A stretch of DNA of 27,133 nt from a virus (Duplodnaviria > Caudoviricetes): IMG/VR virus record IMGVR_UViG_3300042339_000486, positions 1-27,133 of that record; one strand, given 5' to 3'. This document shows positions 18,648-25,061 of the stretch, piece after piece. Within the stretch, counting starts at the first letter, position 1; every line of letters starts with the position of its first letter. Both the position numbers and the translations under genes were made by a program. The notes under the pieces were generated by a model, which worked only from the letters and a program-made list of their open reading frames with translations, was not told where the DNA came from and searched no databases.

Positions 18648-19050
18648 TCTCGGCTTCGATCTGCTTTGTTTCGCGCTTGGGCAGGTCTTTCTCTGTAATG
18701 CGGCCTAACTGGTTCCAATCAAATGCCGATGCTTCGATCTTGATTGTGTTGGCTTTTTCTTTGGCGTAGCCCGTCGGGAAGAGACGTTCAAGTAGGTGGG
18801 CATGCATGCGCCAGTCAGTATCTCCGCGATCCATCACGTTGCCTACGAGGTTGGCTTGTAGTTTTGCTCGGAGTTTTTGGAACGCAACGCCGAATTCGTC
18901 TTCTTCTTCTGTGCGGTCTCTGAGTGTCTGTGCGGGGATGCCGTGTGCTTGGGCGATAGTTGTTAGGGCCACGGGGTGTCGCGCCATTTCTAGGATACTT
19001 GCTCGTGCTTCTTCGCCAAAGTACTTGAGTTCGGTCTCTTCGCTAGCCAT
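18628..19050 (-). CDS. terS: Terminase small subunit
   Basis: N-terminal HTH (TTIAQAHGIPAQTL) and DWRMHAHLLERLFP motif, upstream of terL. Confidence 0.75.
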   Translation of the reverse strand: MASEETELKYFGEEARASILEMARHPVALTTIAQAHGIPAQTLRDRTEEEDEFGVAFQKLRAKLQANLVGNVMDRGDTDWRMHAHLLERLFPTGYAKEKANTIKIEASAFDWNQLGRITEKDLPKRETKQIEAESVQIND

Positions 19051-19373
19051 TATGCTGCCTCGTCGGCCAGATCTCTGCGATCACTGCGAAGCGCGTACTG
19101 CTTTCCCTTAGGGGCGCGCATATGCTGGAACGCTGTAGACACTTGATCACAGTGAATCGTCTGGATCTCTCCAGTGAGGGGAATGATCCACTTGATGTCG
19201 CCGCATCCACGATTGTTTCTGCGTGGCTGCTTATAGTCAAACAAGTCTTTGAAGAATGATGGTGGGTTTCCATCCTTTTTCTTCCCCCTGCGAATGCTTT
19301 GAGCATCATTGAACTGGCGAAGTTCATCTTCGTACTTGGTGTAGGTGCGCATCATGCGCTTGTTGCTGCTCAT
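19050..19373 (-). CDS. Hypothetical protein, first gene of the late arm (start revised to MSSNKR)
   Basis: ATG at 19373 is preceded by TGcTATTGT-N6. TAATG-coupled to terS. Confidence 0.6.
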   Translation of the reverse strand: MSSNKRMMRTYTKYEDELRQFNDAQSIRRGKKKDGNPPSFFKDLFDYKQPRRNNRGCGDIKWIIPLTGEIQTIHCDQVSTAFQHMRAPKGKQYALRSDRRDLADEAA

Positions 19374-19901
19374 AAAGCGACAATAGCACAACAGCAGTAG
19401 TCACGAACATACGATTTATCGTGCATATGTACGATATTTACACACCAACACCACCCACAGTGTAGAAAACCTACACACCGAGTCGTGATACTCTAAACAT
19501 AACGCCGAATCCCCCGCTTAGGAGAAACGGCACACAGTAACCGCAAGCCTCGTCGAAGCACTGACGCAGAAACCGCACCACGGACTGCCATCAGACGACC
19601 AGACAATGTCCCGGCAACGGCTAGGCCGGATCGTGCAGGGACGTCAAGCACGTAAAACGGAAGACGGTTAGCCACAAGGCTAGGAGGGCCAAAGAAGAAC
19701 TGGCACAACCATCATCCTGAGAAGAAGCCTACACAAAAATCGTACCCACAAAAAAGAAAGCCCGAGGATGGGTACGACGTCGGGCGGCGCGGGTGGGGTT
19801 CTCGCTCGGGCGGGCGGGCGGCGTAGATAGCGCGGGCGCGCACGGCGCGGGGTAGGGGCCAACGCGCGCGAAGGACGCACACACCATCGGCGGGTTGTAG
19901 T

Positions 19902-19974
19902 TGTAAGGATTATGTAAAGGTTTGGTTTGGTGGTGATTCGTCTGCTATGATGGGTGAACACCGAATGGAAGGGG
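19902..19974 (+). promoter_or_regulatory. Early promoter P1 (tandem box inverted)
   Basis: TGTAAG-N5-TGTAAA (19902-19918), TGcTATGAT (-10 at 19946-19951), GGGTGAACACC, and RBS GGAAGGGG (19967-19974). Confidence 0.65.
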
Positions 19975-19980
19975 TGCAGT

Positions 19981-20211
19981 ATGAACGCTGCGAAGCGGCA
20001 GGACTTGAGCACGGCGTGGAAGTTGGGGGTACAGCGTGGGGCGGCTGGCCCGCACGTTTGCGGGGATAAGTGGCTGGCCCTGATCGATGGCAAGTGTGAG
20101 CGCGACGTGCGGGATATCGTCGCGGCGCTATTGTTCGGGATGCATGGCGATTCGTTCGGCGCGTTTATGGCGCAGCGGTTCCCGGTTCGCGCGAAGGGGG
20201 TGACGGCATGA
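19981..20211 (+). CDS. Early hypothetical protein (76 aa)
   Basis: ATG 6 nt after GGAAGGGG; ATGA coupling to the next gene. Confidence 0.7.
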   Translation: MNAAKRQDLSTAWKLGVQRGAAGPHVCGDKWLALIDGKCERDVRDIVAALLFGMHGDSFGAFMAQRFPVRAKGVTA

Positions 20212-20501
20212 TCGCCCCCACGGGGGTGCCCGCATTTGGTGGCGGAGTGCTGCTACGCGGCGCGGGTGGCCGGTTCGTGGGCGTTCAGCGTGACGGGGTG
20301 CCGGTGCCTACGGGTTCCGGGTTCCGCGTGATCGATGGCCGCGTGTTCGTGGTCACGGTTTTGCCGGATGCGCGGGTGCCCGCGTGGGCCTGCAAGTCGC
20401 GGCCGATTGGGCGGACTCAGCACGGCAAGCGTGGCGGGTATCGTGAGGGATCCCGGGAAAAGTGGGCGCAGCGCGCGGCGCGGATGGCGGCGGCGTCGTG
20501 A
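20208..20501 (+). CDS. Early hypothetical protein (97 aa)
   Basis: GAAGGGGG RBS; overlapping start/stop at both ends. Confidence 0.65.
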   Translation: MIAPTGVPAFGGGVLLRGAGGRFVGVQRDGVPVPTGSGFRVIDGRVFVVTVLPDARVPAWACKSRPIGRTQHGKRGGYREGSREKWAQRAARMAAAS

Positions 20502-20617
20502 GTCCGGCGGAAAAGCGGCTAGCGCGTCTGATTGCGCGGATGAAGGCCGGGGAGGTGCTGACGCCCGAGGAGCGGGAGCAGGCGCGGGAAGCCTGCCGGG
20601 TGCTACGTATCGGGTAG
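20498..20617 (+). CDS. Small early protein (39 aa; absent from the ORF track)
   Basis: GTGA overlap; MSPAEKRLARLIARMKAGEVLTPEEREQAREACRVLRIG. Confidence 0.6.
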   Translation: MSPAEKRLARLIARMKAGEVLTPEEREQAREACRVLRIG

Positions 20618-20622
20618 GCGCG

Positions 20623-20667
20623 TGGGGGGTGGCTGGCCCTGCCGGGTTCGAATCCCGGCACCCCCCA
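20623..20667 (+). ncRNA. Minimal tRNA-like element (acceptor-like stem plus T arm, no anticodon arm)
   Basis: TGGGGGGTG/CACCCCCCA stem enclosing a 10-nt linker and a canonical T arm CCGGG-TTCGAAT-CCCGG. Confidence 0.6.
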
Positions 20668-20752
20668 TTGGATAGGCTAGGCGGTTCGGAGTGCGCCCGG
20701 AGGGCAGGAGGAAGGGGAAGGTACGCGCGCGCTCGGGCGTGGGGGCTTGTCG

Positions 20753-20822
20753 AATCCTTACGGAATCTTTACAAACTTCGCCGCCGGGGTGCGTTATAGT
20801 GTGGGTACACCAACGGAAGGGG
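20753..20822 (+). promoter_or_regulatory. Early promoter cassette P2
   Basis: AATCCTTAC-GG-AATCTTTACA, 21 nt, TATAGT, GTGGGTACACC, and RBS GGAAGGGG. Confidence 0.8.
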
Positions 20823-20827
20823 TGGCA

Positions 20828-21058
20828 ATGATGATCACGAAGGAATACCGCGAAGCGGCGTTCGCGCTGAACCGGGCGCTGGATGCGATGGATGCGGCCA
20901 ATGATGCCATGGCGCGATTGGGCTACACCGAGGAGGTGCTCGGGGAGGTGATGAGCCTTCACGCGTGGGGCACCATCCATAGCCTGTATCAGGACTACGG
21001 CAACGCGGCCGCGAAGTGGCGGCGGGAGACCAAGTCGGCGGGGCTACTCAGCCCGTAA
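20828..21058 (+). CDS. Early hypothetical protein (76 aa; start revised)
   Basis: ATG follows the RBS of P2. The track N-terminal extension runs through the promoter. Confidence 0.75.
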   Translation: MMITKEYREAAFALNRALDAMDAANDAMARLGYTEEVLGEVMSLHAWGTIHSLYQDYGNAAAKWRRETKSAGLLSP

Positions 21059-21123
21059 TCCTTACGGAATCCTTACAAGTACGGCCACGGGTTCGTGGCA
21101 TAATGGAATCAGTCCGAAGGGGG
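21057..21123 (+). promoter_or_regulatory. Early promoter cassette P3
   Basis: AATCCTTAC-GG-AATCCTTACA, 21 nt, TGgCATAAT, and RBS GAAGGGGG. Confidence 0.8.
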
Positions 21124-21128
21124 ACAAA

Positions 21129-21944
21129 ATGACCTATAGCAACCGCGTACTACGCGCCGTCACCGCAACGGTGGCCGCCATCGATGAGCACTACCCGGTC
21201 AAGTCGGAGGGTAGCCTGCTCACCACCACCAACCCGAAAGTGGCGAAGGGTGCCGCCGATATGGGCTACTTGCCCGCCGTCCTGCACCTAGCGCCCGCCA
21301 CCATGTCGGGTGCCAACGTATGCCCATGGGCTAGCGTCGAATGTACCGCCGTCTGCCTGAACACTTCGGGCCGGGGAGGTATTGGCCTTGACGCTAGCGG
21401 GTGGAACGTGATTCAGGCTAGCCGGATTCGTCGCACCGCCCGGATGATCCTTGACCCGGAAGGGTTTAGCGCCCGCATCTGTCGCGAGATCACGAATCAT
21501 GCCCGCAACGCGCGACGGCATGGCCTCACGCCCGCGCTGCGCCTGAACGGCACGTCCGATATCGCTTGGCATCGCACGTTCCCCGAGGTGGTAGCCCACG
21601 CTATCGCGGAGGGCTGCATCCTGTACGACTACACGAAGCGGCCGAAGCCTGACGCTGCCGAGCACGGCATCGACGTGACGTATTCCTACCCGGGCGGGCA
21701 GGGAGAGGCGGCGCGCCGTTATCTGGAAGCCGGGCACCGCGTAGCAGTAGTCTTCGCCACCCGCAAGGGGGCACCGCTGCCCGCAACGTGGACGGCACCG
21801 TGGGGAGGCACGTATCCCGTCATCGACGGGGACGCGCACGACCTCCGATTCGCTGACGCGGGCGGCGTGATCGTCGGGCTACGCGCGAAGGGGAATGCGC
21901 GCGGCATGCAGGGGACGCGGCACGGATTCCTGCAGGCTCCGTGA
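21129..21944 (+). CDS. GP88-family protein (putative Fe-S / radical-SAM-like fold)
   Basis: LHLAPA..SGANVCPWASVECTAVCLNTSGRG, LRLNGTSDIAW, YDYTK and VIDGDAHDLRF.D....IVGLRAKG motifs. Confidence 0.8.
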   Translation: MTYSNRVLRAVTATVAAIDEHYPVKSEGSLLTTTNPKVAKGAADMGYLPAVLHLAPATMSGANVCPWASVECTAVCLNTSGRGGIGLDASGWNVIQASRIRRTARMILDPEGFSARICREITNHARNARRHGLTPALRLNGTSDIAWHRTFPEVVAHAIAEGCILYDYTKRPKPDAAEHGIDVTYSYPGGQGEAARRYLEAGHRVAVVFATRKGAPLPATWTAPWGGTYPVIDGDAHDLRFADAGGVIVGLRAKGNARGMQGTRHGFLQAP

Positions 21945-21996
21945 TCCTTACAAAATCCGAACACACTACGCACCAGACAAGGGGTACGATAAAACT
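21943..21996 (+). promoter_or_regulatory. Early promoter cassette P4 (leaderless)
   Basis: GATCCTTAC-AA-AATCCGAACA, 21 nt, TACGAT, N6, ATG. Confidence 0.7.
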
Positions 21997-22224
21997 ATGG
22001 ACAAGACAGAGAAGCGCGCCGATATCATCGCCGATACACTGACCATCGCAGAGATCGGGCACGTCGCCGAAGGGCTACGGTACTGGCTGAACCTGCCCGG
22101 ATCCGAATTGTCGCCGCACTTCAGCGACGTGTACGCTACGCGTCGGCTCATGCTGGACGCACTATCGTCGGCCGAGCGTAACGAATACGCGGGCGACTAC
22201 GACTACCCGGAGGGGGCAGCATGA
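21997..22224 (+). CDS. Early hypothetical protein (75 aa; start revised to MDKTEK)
   Basis: Start follows P4; ATGA coupling downstream. Confidence 0.7.
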   Translation: MDKTEKRADIIADTLTIAEIGHVAEGLRYWLNLPGSELSPHFSDVYATRRLMLDALSSAERNEYAGDYDYPEGAA

Positions 22225-22430
22225 AATACGATCCTACACACGACTTCACCCCGCTACGGCGCTACTGCCGACGCAACGGGGCAGGGGAGGCACTCCCGTG
22301 GGAGTACATGGGGCACGACGACAATGGGAACGCGCACTACCGAGAGCGGGAGAACGGGAACCGGCTCTGCCTGAACCCGAACGGACGGCTCGGGTGCATC
22401 CACCGCATCCGAACCGTCGACCTGAGATAG
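22221..22430 (+). CDS. Early hypothetical protein (69 aa)
   Basis: GGAGGGG RBS and ATGA overlap. Confidence 0.7.
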   Translation: MKYDPTHDFTPLRRYCRRNGAGEALPWEYMGHDDNGNAHYRERENGNRLCLNPNGRLGCIHRIRTVDLR

Positions 22431-22431
22431 A

Positions 22432-22503
22432 AATCCTTACAAACTTTTTACAAACTCAGCCACAATCATGTGGCATAGTATGGGTACACCACCAGAAGGG
22501 GAC
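22432..22503 (+). promoter_or_regulatory. Early promoter cassette P5
   Basis: AATCCTTAC-AA-ACTTTTTACA, 21 nt, TGgCATAGT, ATGGGTACACC, and RBS GAAGGGGAC. Confidence 0.8.
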
Positions 22504-22506
22504 ACC

Positions 22507-22956
22507 ATGAACACCATCGACACCGACACCGCAGACACCGACGTGCTCCGCGCCCAGATCCGCGAGATCAGCGCAGAGAACGACGACCGCCTCACCATCA
22601 TCGAAGAACTTCGCCGGGCCAACCTCAAGACAATCGGAGACATGAACGTAGCCGTCGCCCTGCTCCGTGAGATGGCAACCATCGCCGAGGAAGGCATGCG
22701 CCGGGCCTGCGAGAACGACGAGAGATTCGCCAACCTCGTCATCAATTACGACATCATGGACCTGACCTCCGAGTATGAGATCCGTATCACGGTGCCCGTC
22801 ACCATGACGATCATCATCAGCGGCGACAGCGAGGACGACGCGCTGGAGGGCGTCGGCGAGCACCTGTCCAACGAGGTCACCGTCGACGTCCACGGAGTAG
22901 AGGACTACGACTTCGACTCGTACGACTTCGACATCCAGAACGTCTGCAAGGCGTAG
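22507..22956 (+). CDS. Acidic early hypothetical protein (149 aa; start revised to MNTIDT)
   Basis: ATG follows the RBS. N-terminal coiled coil and a very D/E-rich C-terminal domain. Confidence 0.75.
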   Translation: MNTIDTDTADTDVLRAQIREISAENDDRLTIIEELRRANLKTIGDMNVAVALLREMATIAEEGMRRACENDERFANLVINYDIMDLTSEYEIRITVPVTMTIIISGDSEDDALEGVGEHLSNEVTVDVHGVEDYDFDSYDFDIQNVCKA

Positions 22957-22965
22957 CACTACCCA

Positions 22966-23026
22966 TCCGGCATCCCGCACTGATGAGCGCCGGACGAAAC
23001 ACCCGCCACGACGGGGGTGTCTGCGG
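22966..23026 (+). ncRNA. Type I hammerhead ribozyme with loop II pseudoknot
   Basis: Stem I CCGCA/TGCGG; core CTGATGA (22980-22986); G-C closed loop II; GAAA (22996-22999); stem III ACACCC/GGGTGT; cleavage triplet GTC (23019-23021). Loop II GCCGGA pairs with upstream TCCGGC. Confidence 0.88.
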
Positions 23027-23059
23027 ACAGGCTAGCCAGTACTGGCGAACCTCTCCCAA

Positions 23060-23164
23060 GGGAACCACGACCCGCTAACAACGGGGCTAAATGGAAAATC
23101 GGGTTTGTTAGGCCCGAGTAATCCCCCCGCATCCACCAATGCGATGCGGCTGGGCGCGGTTCCC
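23060..23164. ncRNA. Unclassified multi-stem pseudoknotted RNA candidate
   Basis: Closing stem GGGAACC/GGTTCCC, internal stems, and a 7-nt loop TTGTTAG complementary to CTAACAA. Strand is ambiguous. Confidence 0.5.
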
Positions 23165-23172
23165 CGGTAAGA

Positions 23173-23232
23173 ACTCCTTACCAAATCATAACAACAGCCA
23201 TACTCTAACCTGTGGTACGGTATGGGTACACC
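23173..23232 (+). promoter_or_regulatory. Early promoter cassette P6
   Basis: ACTCCTTAC-CA-AATCATAACA, 22 nt, TGgTACGGT, ATGGGTACACC. Confidence 0.75.
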
Positions 23233-23252
23233 CCAAGAACGGAGAAGGAAAC

Positions 23253-24257
23253 ATGATCGAACACGCAACCGGTGGCATCCTTGAGAACGACGGAGCCTTC
23301 TACGGTGGACGCCAGCCCGCATGGCACCGCCTCGGCACCGTCATCGACGAGGACGTGGTCACCAGCGCCGAGGCCATCCGCCTCGCCGGACTGGACTGGA
23401 CGGTGGAGCAGCACGACATCCACGTCCACGTCCCCAACGGCGACGACATGCCCGACACGACCACGCTCATCCCCGACAAGGTCGCGAACGTCCGCATGGA
23501 CACGAACGGCACGCTCGGCATCGTCACCCCCCGCTACAAGATCGTCCAGAACGTCGACGCGTTCGACTTCTTCGACGAGATCATCGGCAAGGGTGACGCG
23601 CACTACCACACCGCAGGTAGCCTGTTCAACGGGCGCAAGGTCTGGGCGCTCGCTCGCCTGAACCGGGACATCCTGATCGGTGGCGACGAGTCGGAGCGCA
23701 TCGACCCCTTCGTCGCCCTCTGCAACGGGCACGACGGGAACACGTCGCTCAGCGTCTACACCACGCCGGTCCGTGTGGTCTGCCAGAACACGCTGCAGTG
23801 GAGCATGCAGGGAACTAAGAACATGTGGAAGGGCAGGCACACGCCGAACGTGACCGACAAGGTGCGGGACGCGCGTGACATGCTCGGCTTCAGCAACGAG
23901 TACTTCGACCAGTTGCAAACGCTGGGCGACAGCCTCATCCGGCAGCCCATCAACCGCATCTCGTTCGACCGGATGCTGGAGATGCTCGTCCCGCTCCCCG
24001 CCCCGAAGGACGAGGAGAGCACACGCGGACTGACCATCGCGCAGAACACGCGCGAGGCAATCCACGCAGCATGGGACGTGGACAACCTCGCGAACGTCAA
24101 GAACACCAAGTGGGGCTTCGTGCAGGCCGTCGCCGAGTACGTCGACTGGAGCAAGACTCACCGCTCCGACGACAGGTTCATCGACCAGAACCTGCTCGGC
24201 GCAAACCAGAACGTCACGCTCAAGGATCGCAGCGTGGCCGTGGCGCTCGCCGCCTAA
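23253..24257 (+). CDS. DUF932-family (TIGR03299-like phage/plasmid) protein (334 aa; start revised)
   Basis: PAWHRLG, AGLDWTV, YKIVQNVDAFDFFD, TAGSLFNGRKVW, NGHDG, TPVRVVCQNTL and TKWGFVQAVAEYVD motifs. AGAAGGA RBS. Confidence 0.9.
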   Translation: MIEHATGGILENDGAFYGGRQPAWHRLGTVIDEDVVTSAEAIRLAGLDWTVEQHDIHVHVPNGDDMPDTTTLIPDKVANVRMDTNGTLGIVTPRYKIVQNVDAFDFFDEIIGKGDAHYHTAGSLFNGRKVWALARLNRDILIGGDESERIDPFVALCNGHDGNTSLSVYTTPVRVVCQNTLQWSMQGTKNMWKGRHTPNVTDKVRDARDMLGFSNEYFDQLQTLGDSLIRQPINRISFDRMLEMLVPLPAPKDEESTRGLTIAQNTREAIHAAWDVDNLANVKNTKWGFVQAVAEYVDWSKTHRSDDRFIDQNLLGANQNVTLKDRSVAVALAA

Positions 24258-24264
24258 CCGAATC

Positions 24265-24303
24265 CACCCCCGCCCGACCTATCCATCGCTCCGGGCGGGG
24301 GTG
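24265..24303 (+). terminator. GC-rich hairpin after the DUF932 gene (terminator-like or stabiliser)
   Basis: Perfect 12-bp stem CACCCCCGCCCG/CGGGCGGGGGTG. There is no U tract. Confidence 0.5.
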
Positions 24304-24331
24304 AGATCCACCATCAAACGAAAGGAACAAG

Positions 24332-24541
24332 ATGCCGAAGAACATCCTGTGGTACAGCATGGCTGACCATTCGCACGGCGCATGCGCAGCCCACGACATG
24401 CTGATCGTCGACGCCGACGACCTCACCCCAGAGGAGGGGCGCGCACTATACGAGGCGTCACAAGACGACACCGAGATCCTTCCCGACATCATGCTCGGGA
24501 TCTACTACCGACAGAACCCGGAGGCCGACCCATGTGGATGA
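24332..24541 (+). CDS. Hypothetical protein (69 aa)
   Basis: GAAAGGAA RBS; codon usage consistent with neighbours. Confidence 0.7.
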   Translation: MPKNILWYSMADHSHGACAAHDMLIVDADDLTPEEGRALYEASQDDTEILPDIMLGIYYRQNPEADPCG

Positions 24542-24885
24542 TGACTAAACTAGGATTCTTCTCAACCGTAGAAGACCGAGACAATAAGGGCGGCGTGATT
24601 GTCAGGGCGCGCTGCGAACAGGACATCGTTAACATTAGTTACTTCATGCAGATGAAGGACGCGTGGTGGCTAGACACCCTCGCCGACTACGGATACCGCC
24701 TGCGCTGCAGCAAGCCAGCGTGGGCAGCAGCAGTCGCACGAATGGCAGACGACATCGACTACGACAACTTCAAGTCTTCTATCACTGACGAGCGACACCA
24801 CAGTGCGTATCAGCGAGTGTGGATCGACATGCTCTACATTGACGACCGCGTTATCGATGACACAACGTGGGGTGATATGCTCTAG
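24532..24885 (+). CDS. Conserved phage hypothetical protein (117 aa; start revised to MWMMTK)
   Basis: GGAGG RBS; MW....GFFS.V...VRAR...DY.YR...IDYDNFK pattern. Confidence 0.75.
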   Translation: MWMMTKLGFFSTVEDRDNKGGVIVRARCEQDIVNISYFMQMKDAWWLDTLADYGYRLRCSKPAWAAAVARMADDIDYDNFKSSITDERHHSAYQRVWIDMLYIDDRVIDDTTWGDML

Positions 24886-24887
24886 CC

Positions 24888-25043
24888 ATGGAAAAGAAAC
24901 CAGAAACAAAAAGAAAAGTACGCTATATCGACTTCGACGGTGGGCGAGACTACCGGGCTTGGCTGACTGAGAACTTCCCCAGCAAGAGCGACCCGCCCCC
25001 CACCCCGAAGGCCGCAGAGGACACACCCGACACCAAGCCGTGA
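24888..25043 (+). CDS. Small hypothetical protein (51 aa; absent from the ORF track)
   Basis: MEKKPETKRKVRYIDFDGGRDYRAWLTENFPSKSDPPPTPKAAEDTPDTKP, starting 2 nt after the previous stop. Confidence 0.6.
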   Translation: MEKKPETKRKVRYIDFDGGRDYRAWLTENFPSKSDPPPTPKAAEDTPDTKP

Positions 25044-25061
25044 GCCTGCTACCATAGGCTC

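Noticed and set aside
19493-20093. Track ORFs 19493-19708 and 19680-20093 on the minus strand
   Set aside because: No RBS or protein-like composition, and they run across promoter and G-tract DNA.
20596-20667. Full-length tRNA gene
   Set aside because: Extending 5' gives only a 5-bp acceptor stem and no valid anticodon arm, and it overlaps a coding region. Kept only as a tRNA-like element.
23038-23156. ZTP (pfl) riboswitch or hatchet ribozyme resemblance (ACTGGCGAA...CCAC; TAACAA...GGGGCT)
   Set aside because: The conserved downstream elements of either class are missing, and there is no purine or folate gene context.
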